Below, piece by piece: positions 23,499-36,669 of a DNA stretch of 64,000 bases. The notes below the pieces were generated by a model. That model searched no databases, was not told the DNA's origin, and saw nothing but the letters and a program-made list of their open reading frames with translations. Position 1 is the first letter of the stretch. The number at the start of each line of letters is the position of its first letter. Origin of the DNA: Azolla caroliniana (taxonomy: Eukaryota > Plantae > Polypodiophyta); contig JBHGNT010000010.1 of assembly GCA_043228905.1 (NCBI GenBank), positions 16,554,001-16,618,000 of the forward strand, written 5' to 3'. The translations under genes and the position numbers were made by a program.

Positions 23499-24340
23499 CT
23501 TGCTGATTAGTTGTGGTGAATAACAGTAATTTATGGTTGATATAGTGTAGTGGTGCGAGCAATGGCAATAATTAGATAGTTAATTGCTTATTTAGTTAAA
23601 GGCTAAATGAAGAATTGAGAAAGGGAAGTAGAATTGATATGATTTAGGGATAATTAGTAGACTTTCTGGAAAATGAGTGGAATAATTGGGGGGGGGGGAG
23701 AGGAATCTCTCAAGATTTGTAAAGAGAAAAAATGAAGATGAAGAGGAGTCGGAAGAAAGTAGTAAATCCAAGGTATGTAAAGAAAGATGATTAATATAAA
23801 GTTAATAGATATAATTTTATAAAGTATGTATTAAGGAGTGTATATGTATGTATGTATGTGGGTGGGTGGAGATTATGTGATTAGAAAGAAAAAAAATTGC
23901 CATGTGGAAGGAATTCTAAGCATAAAAAGAGGTACATACTTAAATGGTATGATATTCTTGTGGCATTTGGAATTTGGCATTTGGCATTTGGCTATGATTA
24001 TGATTTAGTTTGGGTAATTATGATGCTAAATTACAGAAGGATCTCCCTCCCTTCTCTCTCTCTCTCTCTCTCTCTGTCATTCATTCTCAATTTCTCTGTG
24101 TTGCTCACTGTGTGTGTGTGTGTGTGTATCTGTGTAATGATTGCTCAGAGAAGAGAGATCCTTAGAATAAATACAGGAAAAAGAAGGCAAAGATCAAAGA
24201 AATGAAGGAACACACACAGAGACAGACAGACAGACAGACAGAGAAAGAGATGGTATGTATGATGTGGAGAGTGATCGAGGGTTCGAATCCCACTTCGGAC
24301 AGGCACAGTTCTACAGACTACATATATGTATTTATAGTTA

Positions 24341-24602
24341 TTTTAATAAATCTAAATAATTATAATTGTTCTATTCAATCTAAATAATTATAATATTATT
24401 TAGATTTATTAAAATAATTACAATATTATTTAGATTTATTAAAATAATTATAATATTATTTAGATCTATTAAAATAATTACAATATTATTTAGATTTATT
24501 AAAATAATTATAATATTATTTAGATCTATTTAAATCATTATAATATTATTTAGATCTATTTAAATAATTATAATATTATTTAGATCTATTAAAACAATTA
24601 TA
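24341..24602. repeat. AT-rich 30-bp minisatellite upstream of the HSF gene
   Basis: About 7-8 copies of TAATATTATTTAGAT(T/C)TATTAAAATAATTA, preceded by an inverted partial copy (TTTTAATAAATCTAAATAAT). Confidence 0.9.
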
Positions 24603-27600
24603 TTTGCATATAATATATATATATATATATATTGTTTTCCCCTTCTTTTTATTTATTTTTGCTGCTTAATTTTTAATAGAGAAGCTTCTTTTGTGTGTCC
24701 GCCTTTTACACAAACAAAAAAATATAATAATCAATTTAGTACATAATTAATTCGATTAGTTATTATTGAAAAATAGAACTTTCTTCTTTCTCTTTTTTCC
24801 CTATTTTCCTTTTTCTGTTTTGGGTTTTTTTTTTGGCGGGGGGGGGTGTGGTAGTGTGAACATTCCCAACTAATTCTTTTTAATAAAAAAATGATTTCTT
24901 CATGTTATTTTTTATTATTATAAATCGTCATAATTTTGAAACAATTCCTTTCCTTCATTCAACACCCCCCCGTCTTCTTGTTGTGAAGGGATTCTTGTGT
25001 TTGGGTTTGGGTTTGGGTTCACATTGCCATTGTTATAATCATTTGACACGAAGGATCGACTCATCATCTCTTCCTCCCCAGATTTTGTATCGAATGCTCT
25101 GAGACAAATGCCTATTAATTAGCCCTTGTCCTCTTTGCCCGAACTTCTGTGCACACCACCAATGTCGGCAGATGATGATCGAGCAGCATATCGGGCTTGA
25201 TTGAACACTTGATCCTACTTAGCTAGTGTCAAGAGCATTCTTGTTGTGGCCTCATTCGGAGAGGCAATATATCCATCCAAACTGTTTGCATGTTCGTGAA
25301 CATCAATGATGAAATATATGGGGAGATTCACACTTCAATGTTTTATGTATATGCTCGAAATTATGAGTTAAAGGAGATTTTTGCTTGAAATCTTCGCATT
25401 ACAAGATAGGGAAATATTTGAGTAGTCAATCTTATCTCCCACTCCAACATACAAACTATGGCCACAAACAACCCCTCACAAAAACCCTTAAGAGTAGTCG
25501 CACCGTTTTTTATAAAAAGGCGCGTAACAACTTTGGTTAGATCATTAATTGCAGGCGTTTACTAGGCCAATTGGCTATTTTACCATACACTAGGGCAAGA
25601 TGGTGACTATAGAACTTGGACATAGACATGGGGATTTATCAATATATCGATGATGTCATGCCACCCTTTCTTAGTTAATCCGCATACTTGCTTGGGATGA
25701 GTTAGAAGTCATAGGGAGTAGCCTGGAACATTGAATCCAAATTGCACATCTCTAGTAACAACCCACTCTAATGCTTGCAACTTTTCGAAATCAATTACTT
25801 GACAAAGTATCGTACACTATAGTTTAGAAAATCCACATACCCTTGGTATTTGATCCATGTATGAGTTATCGAACTTGCTCTTCCTTGATGTGAGGAAGAC
25901 GACATCTCTCCCACTTTACCATTTAATTACACTACACAATGCTCTGAATTTCACCACATTAAAAAACTTAACTTGATACAAAAGCTAGAGAAGGTGAGAG
26001 ATTAATTTGCAAACCTAGGTTTTAGGTCTTCAATGTCTCTACAAGGATTAACAGGTCTATGGCACTCAAAATCCAATTGTTTCAATTTCTTTCAAATGTG
26101 TGTTGGAAAATAACATGTACTCTTCTTTTGTGGTGTCTATCATATAAATGTGGCACTTATGAAATTAAGCTGGTCACAAGAGCTTCTCCCCTTTGAGTTT
26201 TAAGGGCTTCTCGGCCATCCAACTTTTCCACAAAATGTGATTCTATGAGCCCTAGTACCCATGATCTTCATTGGAAACTTGTTTAAACAATTTATTAGTG
26301 ACAACAACTAAGCATAACCTCTTCCCTTAAGGGATCCAACACATATATTTATATACCTTATCATTTAGTAAGATTGCTTTGTATCACATAGATTTTCTGT
26401 TTTAACTTAATATGTTCTTTTTAGTGTAAGGACCTTGTTCTATCTCCACATGGATGCAAATAGGCATGAGATAATTGTTGTCCTCCAAATTTTACAAAAC
26501 CCCCCAAAAATTAGCATGAGCAAATACAAATCGAATAAATTTAATTCGTATTATGATTCACAAGCAATCTCATAATTATTCAATATTTAAGCTAACATGT
26601 TACAACCCATGTGCTACTATAATAAGACAAAATCTCAAAGTCATCATGCCTCACACTAATTTAAGTTGAGATTGACTAAGATAGTAAGATAAGATAATGT
26701 TGGAGTGTTCCTTATGCATAACCCATGCAAGGACCCAAATGTGAACTTCAAGTTACTTAACGTTACCAAAATTTGATGCACATTTAAGTTACATTGAGTT
26801 TAGTAAAAGTGTGGATAGTTCATTGGAAAAGTAAAATTTGATATCACACTACAACGATGAAAAGGAGATCTTTTTAAGCAAGGTGGATGACATTTATGCA
26901 TACATGTTATGGCAATCCATCTTAACTATAGAAACAAAATAGAGAATCTCTCTCTCTCTAGATGCACAAACATTGGGTTGAATGCACACCACGAGTGAGG
27001 TATGGATGCAAATTATGAATTTTAGGGTAATGAACGTCCTAATTAAACATATAGACTAAACGATATGTTGTCACAAAACATTGACCACTATCTAATATAT
27101 TGCTAGTAACAAGCGTTTAAAAAAATGGCCTTATTTTCTAATAACAACAATGTACAATGTAGTTGCTCTACTTCTCTTATTAATTGAGATATTAAAGGTT
27201 AGCATGGCTAACTTTGTGTCTAAGCATGCATCTAATAAGAGGTTGTATCATAATTATGGAGAATATCTTGAGTTTGTAGGGCGTCTTTCATCTTTATTGT
27301 AGCTCAATGATGGATCTAGTTGTTACATATTGAAAGACGAGAATGAATTCCGATCCATTATTTTGCATGGAATGTGACATAATTGTACGATATACTCGCT
27401 ATTTTAGCTATGTGGAATTCATTTTACAAAATTTACTTAAAGTAATTGAAGTTCTAGGCTCAAAGTTTTCCATGAATGCAAAATATGCGTGATACATTCT
27501 ATTTTTACAGATTTGAACTCGACTTTAATGGATCTAGTTTGCACATAGGAACGGCATATGATATCTTCCTTGATATACTTAGGTTCTAAATTGCCCATCT

Positions 27601-28110
27601 ATTTGCTTCCTCGTTATCTCTGTCTACATTCGTAGCCATCCCTTTCTATATGTTTATGCAATATTACAACAAGATTCCCTACAAATACATGATGTTAGAT
27701 TCCACACATATCACTCTTCTTTTTTCTTATTAACACCTTGATATACTTGGTGGATAACATCATATTGTGATGAAAACCCACAAAAGAGCTTTATATGACA
27801 TATCGCACACGCGTTGTGTTTCCAAATGTGCATAGTGTGAAATACTCCAACTCACACATGTCCTTACAATGTCATGAGTGCTGGATTAAGGCATTTCACA
27901 ATGTGTACCATTGACAAAATGCACCACTGTTTTTGAAGTTGCAAGGTTGTGCTTGAAAGGAAATGGAATACGCTTTATGTTTCTCATCCTCGATCCCATG
28001 ATTAGGTTTCCAATCTATGTGTCCAATTCAAGATTGTGACTATGAGTAGGGAGGGTAATGTATCATTCTCCGAGTCCTTTTCGTGCTAATGTATCAAGGT
28101 TTTCTAAAAT

Positions 28111-28114
<4 letters not shown>

Positions 28115-28161
<47 letters not shown>
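28115..28161. repeat. (GA)n microsatellite
   Basis: Direct read. Confidence 0.95.
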
Positions 28162-28165
<4 letters not shown>

Positions 28166-28799
28166 CATTGTCGACTCTCATAAAATTAGTCAATGATCAT
28201 TAAAAATGGAATTGTAGTTTTGAGCGGACATGATGAAGTTATTTGCTTAGATGTATTCACTAGAGGTTATAACTATACATTATTATGTTGTAGGTGTTGA
28301 TCCTGGGTATTTTTTTGTTTACATTGACAATTAATATTTAAAAGTGATAATAAGCTATCTAACTTTAGCCTATTCAACAATTATTTGACCATGTGCATGA
28401 GTACACGTGGACTCACATGAGACAAGAAGTACTCTCTTTCCAAGGTCTCCAAAGTAGGTGAATCCAATATGGAGGGAAGGAATCTCTAGAAATAGGAAGG
28501 ATTCTTATGTTGAGACAATTATTTTGATTTGTGATGGCAAGGATGTAACAGATTGAGATTGTGGGCTAAGTGGAGTGTCTTGTGTGCATATGCAATGGTT
28601 CGACATATGATAATCTTGAAGGTTGATGTGGTTGGGTTCTTGACAATATGTCTCTTGTATGACAAGTGTAGGAAGAAGTTTATATGACCAAATGGGTCAC
28701 TATGAGGGGGTACCTTGTTATCATCTTAAAATAAAGCCAATTTGTTGAGAAGTTTTGTCTCTTAGGTGATTGTAGAGGTTCCATGAAATGGAGGTTAAT

Positions 28800-29570
28800 T
28801 ATAGAGAAGTGGGATGGTGATTGGCATTAAAGTTTATGCGCAATATTCCTGATAAAAATGAATGGAGAATAAATGGAAAATGCCAAATTACCCAGGATAG
28901 TCGAATATTTACAAGAATAGACCTATTTTTAAAAAACGATGAAAATGCCCCTCTATGTAGTTTAATTCCACCAAAGAAGAATTCAATCTCAAAATGCATT
29001 GCTATTATGGTAAAATACTCGTTAAGATATGGACATTTTGGTGTTTCCCTTGTAGTAAAATAACGACAATAGGTTGATATATGGAAGGACCAAAGTAAAT
29101 GATGTTTGGTTTTGAGTCATTGTATTGTTGAAAATGGTTGTACACACAGATGCATGTATGGAAAACACTTTAGCTTCTGAGATGTGTGAATGCCATCAAG
29201 GCTTGAAATGGATCAATGTCTTCAATTTGATCATTCCATTCATGAAAAACCATGTGGAAGAGCAAACATGTTTTCCAACGGTTGAAGATGTATGCATACA
29301 AGGAAGTCAACTCTTGTCTGTGGGCGAACAATATCAATGTGCGAAAACTTTCACATAGGAGAGGGGATGCAACGAATCAAGTGCCATGTACCCAATCTGG
29401 TGTGTGGGCAGGTAGCAACTTTAATAGGCTTGAGACGGATTATGGACAAACGGTGGTTTTATGTATGTGGGATGTATCCCTTGGATGGATTCACAAGGAA
29501 GGTTCATTGGGCTTATTTACAATACATACATATTGTAGTCTCACACATCACATGGTTCATGATAATGTGT
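28800..29570 (+). pseudogene. Decayed LINE ORF2-like fragments
   Basis: QITQDSRIFTRIDLFL resembles the APE endonuclease 'SRIDR' region; the downstream pieces are only weakly LINE-like. Confidence 0.35.
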
Positions 29571-30337
29571 GCATGTAAGGAAGGAGAGGTCCTAAAGGTT
29601 ATAAACATGCACACACACACACACACACTCTCACTCACTCTCTCACACATGTCACACTCAAACACACAAGGATACAATAGATATTGTGATGTGTGTGTGT
29701 GTTATGAGGGGAAGAGGATGATACTTTATACATACCCTTATGTAGAGTTAATATTTATAAATTATATATATAGAGGGGTGGTGGGGTGGTGGTGGTAGGG
29801 GGGGGGGGGGGAGTGTGATTATAAATTGGAATGCATGACGCATGTGAGTTCCGTACGGATGCCACCAAGTCAAGTCACGTGCCATATACCGTACAAGGCC
29901 TATCTAATATGTCACGTGGGAGTAAGCCTCAGACAACAACCAAAAAAATAAACTAAAAAATTAGCAAAGGGGAATAAATAATATGTGTCACAACACCACA
30001 CATATGTACATAATGTGTATTTTACACATTACATAATGTGTGTTGATGGGATACTTGGCAATGTGTACATACATAATTATAGCTAAAAATGGCGGCTCCC
30101 TGATGTGCAGATCTTCAAGAATCCTCTAGAGTGACCCTAACTCCCCCCTCCCCCTTTCTCAAGGAAGGAAGGGGCAAAAAAAAAACACACTAAAAAGAAG
30201 AAGCCATCATCATGATGTTTATATCATAAGTTATAAGTTATATAACCATATCCACTTGTAATCAACCAACCCCCAAACCTTTCCCATGATTGAATTGTAA
30301 GGTCACATCCTTCTCCACACAAACTCCTACATGACAA

Positions 30338-30339
<2 letters not shown>

Positions 30340-30398
<59 letters not shown>
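30340..30398. repeat. (CT)n microsatellite
   Basis: Direct read. Confidence 0.95.
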
Positions 30399-30401
<3 letters not shown>

Positions 30402-31751
30402 CTCTAGCTCTCGATCTGGGAATTGGGGCATTGCTCACCACTTCTTCTTCTTCTTCTTAAAAAGTGTTCCAAGTTTCTCATTTGCTTATTTCTAGTAGCC
30501 CCATGTCAATGCATGAAACGAAAGAAACGCTTCAATCCCATTCCCAACATTTCTCCTTTTGCCCAATTTCTTACAAAGTTCCAAGATGTACCGGAAGTCG
30601 GTTTCAAAAGGACGGAAAACTTGTTCGATGTCTATCACATAAGTCATCCTCTTCTGCAATTGACAGAGAGGAGCATTGATCTTGCAACCTTAGAACCCTC
30701 CAAGTTCCCATGCTTATTAGTACACCAAGGAACGATGACCTACGAATGGAACAATAGCACCAATAATCCTACGCTCGCAACAAGATGAATTAGAAATTGT
30801 CATAATCTTTATGGTTTCTACTTGATGTTTATGGATGTGCACAACCACCCGTGATGAAAAACTATAACGAGGCAATAGTCATTTGAAAGCTTTGACATTT
30901 GCCATGTATGTAGCCAGCACCATATTTTGATGTCACCCCCTCAATTACAAAACAACCAATGGACATGTCTTAACCTTTAGAAATGAAGCTAGCCATGCAC
31001 CATCCTTGAAGCATTTTCAACCAACATCCAAGTTAATGGGTGGGGTATGATCTGTTGATACACATGTTTAGAAGATGGTCAAATATATCAAATCAAAACT
31101 ATGAGGTCATGCCTATTGAAGCATGCTCAAATTTCTTGAATGCAGTAATTGGATTTGAAGAACATAAATTTACAATACAAGGAAAGAAAAATGTGACACA
31201 TATGGCTCACAATTAATTGATTCAAATAAGTGTATATCTATGAAAATAGCAAGAATGTTTTCACAAAAATACATTGGAACATATGAATGGTGATGTGGAA
31301 CCATGGGGTTTCCAAACCAAAATAGATGTCTCATGAAATCAAACTCAATGTATGTTCAATTTATCATCAAAATTCAGTGACTTGGCCGAAATTCTTTTTG
31401 GATGACTTGTCAAAGTTAGTGGGCTTATTGAAGTGCAACTTGGAAAACATTTTGAAGCTAATCACTCATAAAAGTCAAATAATATTGACCTATCACAACT
31501 TAACCACTTGTCCAATAATGATTCTTGAAGTAGACCCCCTAATCGAAGTAGTCCTTTAACAATTCATCAAAGTTGGCTTGTCAAAGTTGTACTCCAATGA
31601 CTTGTCAAAGTTGGTTACCTCGCCAAAATTAGAACTTTGATGGCTCATTGAAGTCTAACCACACACTCCACAATATGACACATCATTCAATCATCGTTTC
31701 TTCCCATGTGTCAAGCAAATTGAGACATCCACCCCCTTCGAACTTGAACCT

Positions 31752-33085
31752 CTAGTATGTGCTAATGTTTGAGATGGACAATGCACTTGTTAAGTTTTCC
31801 TCTTCCTCGGTGCTAGAATGTACTTCATCCACCTCTAGTAGGATTGTCCATAGGTATTCTTCATGTTCCTTATTGAAAGTTTTAACTCTTCTCTTCGCAA
31901 TGGGCATCCTAAGAATGGTTCCATCTGGTTCATTCAAGTGGTATATAGCGTTTTTGTTGACTCTATGCATAACATATGGACAAAACCAACACTTACCAAG
32001 TTTCCATATAGTGGTATGTTGGTCTAGAAGTTGTCATATACTAATACTCAATCACCATGTTCCATCTTCTTGGATGAAGTTGACTCTTGTTATCTTTGTT
32101 CTTAAGTCAAGCTTCCTTCAAATGCTCAATGTATTTAATGCCACATCTTCAAGTCTCCACATGAGGGATTCTCATTTCCAAGAGATCCTCTCTACTCATG
32201 TCATCATGGCATGGCATTTTAGTTCATGACGATAGATTTCTTATGGGAATTACAATCTTTTGACCATAAATTAGATCTGCATGCATATGACCCATCATTG
32301 TGCTACATGTACTCCTGCTTGCCCACAAATCTTAGGTAATAGCAGTGACAACTCCATCTGACCATCATAGGCCTCCACAAATGGATTCATGATAGGGTGT
32401 GTTTGTGCTCAACTTTCCTATTTTTCTAAATTATGAATTTAGATATTTGTCGCTTCTCAAACATGTTATTTCTCTAGTAGTCATTATCTTGATTCTTCCC
32501 AATTCATCCATGTTTGCAAAGTCTAGCAAGAACTCACACTTTGATGCAATCAAATTGTTTTTCAATACCCTACCTTTTACTTGGCTTGTGAGTCTTCTCT
32601 AGCTACTAGTAAGTATTTCATTTGCTATAATTCTATAAGCATGGACACTATATTGACTATACATTTATGATGCAAAAATGGATACGTTGGATGCAACCAG
32701 CTTTATGATGCATGTTGGAATTCATCTACAAAATTTTGCATGTCTCCACACAATATGTTATGTTCATAAACATTCCCACCCACCAATATTTTTCCTTTAG
32801 CTTCCAGAATGTTGCCCATATTCCTCCATGGGTAACCAACAAACAACCATGAAATCTAGTTGCAAGTAGCATTTATAGGTAATTGTCCTTTTTACATAAT
32901 ACCTTGAGTGACCTGCCCATATTCCTCTATAGTTACCGAACAAACAATCAGGAAATGTAGTTGCAATGAGCATTTGCAGGTTGTCCTTACATATCACCTT
33001 GAGTGACATACCCATATTACCGAACAAACAATCATGAAATCTAGTTGCAATAAGCATTTATAGGTTTTCCTTCTTACATAGTACC
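31752..33085 (-). pseudogene. Decayed Ty3/Gypsy integrase remnant
   Basis: C-terminal PYVMHRVNKNAIYHLNEPDGTILRMPIAKRRVKTF and Zn-finger-like FHDCLFGNYRGIWAGH (present as ~3 tandem copies at 32800-33080). Confidence 0.6.
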
Positions 33086-34209
33086 TGAGCGATGTGCATA
33101 TTCTCTTCGTATAAGAACTAGTAATCCATGAGGTTTTGTTAGTTAGAGTGTTAAGATTTCCCATATATTGCAATGTTATGCTTTGAATGTATCAAGTACC
33201 CATATGTGCTCCCTTCAACACTTGCATGTGCCATAGTGAATTATTATAGACTATGTCTTCATCATCATAACATTTTTTTTTTTCGCCCAAGTTTTGTTCC
33301 TTGACAACATATTGGTGGCAACATTGGTGTCACATGATGATGTGTTATCCATTGAAACATGGAAATGTTTGGAGTCAAATTATATCTTGATATCATTCCA
33401 AGAATAGGGAGATAATTTGCGTCTATAACGACTTCAACCATATTCGGTGGGTGTGAAATGACCTAAAAGCCAAAATGGGAACTATAAGGAATGTCAACAA
33501 ACATAATTATGCCATAGAACTATTTTTGGTATGATGGTGACGTTGATCAACCAACCAATGAATAAAACATCAAATGCCAGATGATGGGATAATGACCCAC
33601 ATATTTAAATTGGCTAAATGAAAAACTTGTAACATGCGATTGTTAATGGATTGTTAGTCAAGTTTCTATATACTGATATATAAAATAACTCAATTTCTTC
33701 CACTCTTATCCAACATTCTCCAATCAGTGGAGGAAGTGCAAAAGAGGTCATAGGCAATGGTTGAGGGCACAAGTATTTGAGGTAGAATGTTGCTTGTCAT
33801 GTGGTATCACTAATCCAGGTCTTGGGTATCACAACCACATAGGTGACCACTCAATTGTATCATGAACATTACAATTGTTAAGATAGGCATAGATGACCCC
33901 ATTGAGTGGTCAATTACTCCAACAATCCTTTGGAGAGTGAGGACATGTCACAAGAACAAGGATTTCCACACATTTGATGTGATCATTGATATATAATTGT
34001 GAGTGAAATGACTATGGCCATCACCATCAACCAAAGCACACACACCATAGGTTCCCATTGGTATGCCATTCCTCCTTTTTTCACATCTTGCCCACCACAA
34101 GATGTCCAAGCCAACCACCGTTGAGACCCATGGTGGCCTAGTTTACAGTTGAGGACAAAAGCCAACAATCGTAGACTCAATGTTTCCAGTATAACCAACT
34201 AGGGATATC

Positions 34210-36669
34210 ATTGGGCCCAACTCATCACCCCCAACTAATGTTACAACCAACATACCAACTTGCAACTCATGCAAATTGCTTTGCCATCTTGCCTCTGTAG
34301 TTTCCGATATCCTTGGTTCCACATAAATATCTCTCTGTTGTGGGTGACCTAGATTATTGAGTTCAGTATTTTCTAATTACCGATGATGAGTTGTGGACAC
34401 CATGGATCCTACACCATTATTCCATGTGAAGGGAATTTGGAGTGACCAATATCTAACAATGTGGTTATCTAAAATTGTATGTTGATGTATGAAGAAGTTA
34501 ACCCACTAGTCAACATTCTGATCACCGACATACTTCTTGGTGCGCTCAATATTTTTCTATTTCTCTTCAAGGCATCACATCCAATATATCTTTTGCTCAT
34601 CAATTGAACTACTGAAAGCTAGTCTTTTATGGTTGTCATACGACATTTGTTCTACACCATGGATTTCCGCATCTAGAAAACGCAATAACAACCTACAACT
34701 CTCTTGTGGCTCCCATTGTGAACTAGATGAGTATTGTTTGGCATGTACAACAACATTGTGTTGTGGCGTGTATAACTTCTTTTTATGAGGAAGACGTGGT
34801 TAAAACTTATATTATTTAGTGGTGCATGAGCCTTACTTTGAGTCTCATCACCATCCATGCAGAACTGTTTAAAATCATACACCTCATTCAAATGTTGTAC
34901 TTCTAGCTTTGGGGTATAAGCTTCTATGAGCAACTTTGATAGCACAGGAAGTGTAAAAGCATTACATCTTGCTAATTTCTTTGAGAACCTACTAAACATT
35001 TGATCTATATGATCATGGGTATGGCCAACTAGTAAGAAGTTCATCGTAATCTTCTTAAATATGCCTTTCTCTACAAACATACTTAAATAACCGAAAACAA
35101 TCGCGTTTTTGTTTTCTATGGTTGTGTTGTTGAGTTGCACATATAGAATTGGCGGGAGAATACCTTGATAAGACTATAACACTCTTTGTATGACTAACAA
35201 TCGGCAACGGTTTGGTTTGAACCGAATTGAACCGCGAAACCACGACTTAACAGTTTAAACGGTTCGGTTCGGTTTGGTTTCAACAGTTAAAAACTGCGGT
35301 TTAAACGGTTAAACGGTTTTATTATTATTATATTTTTTTTAATTAAAAAAAAAATTAAAAATTGTTTAAAAATAATATTTTCATTTTCATGCCTTATTCT
35401 CACATTTTGGGAAAATTTGTAAAATTTAAAATTTGACCTAAGCTAAAAACCGAAACTGAACCACGAAACCATGGTTTTACTGGTTTGAAAAAATTCTAAT
35501 GGTTTGGTTTGTTTCGGTTCAAGTTTCAACATCTCTAAATGGTTCAGTTTGGACCCTCTCAAACCGAACCAAACCGTTGCCGATTGTAATGTATGACTGT
35601 CAATGTAAGAATAGGATCGTTGTGAATATTAGGATAAGTTAAGAAGACTTGAGGCCTTATTGTCTAATAGTATGACAAGCAACCTACTAAATGCATTTGA
35701 ACAAGGCATTCATTGCCAATGTCCTTAGGCAACCTTTGAAAGTGCGGCAAACAAGTCTTCTTCTAATCCATGCCATCTATAATCAAGCACATATACGTTT
35801 CCGGGGATTGAAGTGCTTTTTGTCGATGGTGCATAGCTTTTGAACGGTCCAAGGATTGACTTTCACGATGTTCTTTTAATATATTCTTATAATTCTTTAT
35901 TTCTTTATCAGTTCTCCCACTCTTTGCCATGTTTTTTAAACTTGCACAAATTGAACAAACACCCATCCGGACCTTACAAGGTATAACCACATTGTTAAAC
36001 TGCAACCTCCATAATCGATTGAAATGTTGATATTGTACGTACGGTAACTTTCTAAAAACATGTCATCCTTATATGCTTGGTATACCTCATGACGAGTAAA
36101 GCTATCAGACAAATGTAATCTCCCAATTGTAGGCATAATATCACATTGCTTTTAGAAATATATCTCCATCCACCTAATAGCATGGCGCCCAATCAGACCC
36201 CTAGATCCAACTGTATTCTTGTCAAAAGGCACCCACAATCCCTTTACTAGACGTAGTTGAATTCAATGTAGCCTCCTATTACCAATGCTATAAGCAATTT
36301 TGAAACCTACTCGACAACATTTAATACATAGTGTAAGGTAATATTCAACATGCGTTGAATTAGTCGCTACTGTGTGATCCAAATTAGCAGCATATGTGAA
36401 ATAAGAAAAACTTATCTTGTTTTTTACTATTAAGTGATAAGTACTTTTGTCGTAATACCATTAAGTTTGCCTTTCCAATTTTAGAAAGACATAGAGTCCC
36501 ATGACATGACTTGTTTGTATCTAATGCAATTTGATGATCCAAAGTCAAAAAGTTAAATCTTTTGATGACTAACTTGTCGATGAATTCTTTTAAAAATGAG
36601 AGGTTTATTTACACAAGCCTCATCACTAGATGTATCAACCCTGTCAATGTTTGCGCACCTTTTGCTCAT
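34210..36669 (-). pseudogene. Sola-like DDD transposase pseudogene
   Basis: Ordered motifs CDIMP, CSICASLK, MCLIIDGMD*KKTCLPHF, QLNNTTIENKN, FLLVGHTHDHIDQMFSRFS; broken by stops, frameshifts and a MITE. No TIRs identified; the superfamily call rests on motif recognition. Confidence 0.75.
35195..35589. mobile_element. hAT-type MITE (family A) inserted in the Sola-like transposase
   Basis: TIR TAACAATCGGCAACGGTTTGGTT / AACCAAACCGTTGCCGATTGTAA; perfect 8-bp TSD TGTATGAC (35187-35194, 35590-35597). Confidence 0.93.

Noticed and set aside
24276-24301. Functional tRNA gene
   Set aside because: Only the T-arm and 3' acceptor-like part is present; no D-arm/A-box or anticodon arm.
25093-25240. Possible structured ncRNA (AATGCTC...GAGCATT ends, internal ATGATGA)
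   Set aside because: Pairing is patchy, there is no properly placed box D and no recognisable family; not supportable without a covariance search.
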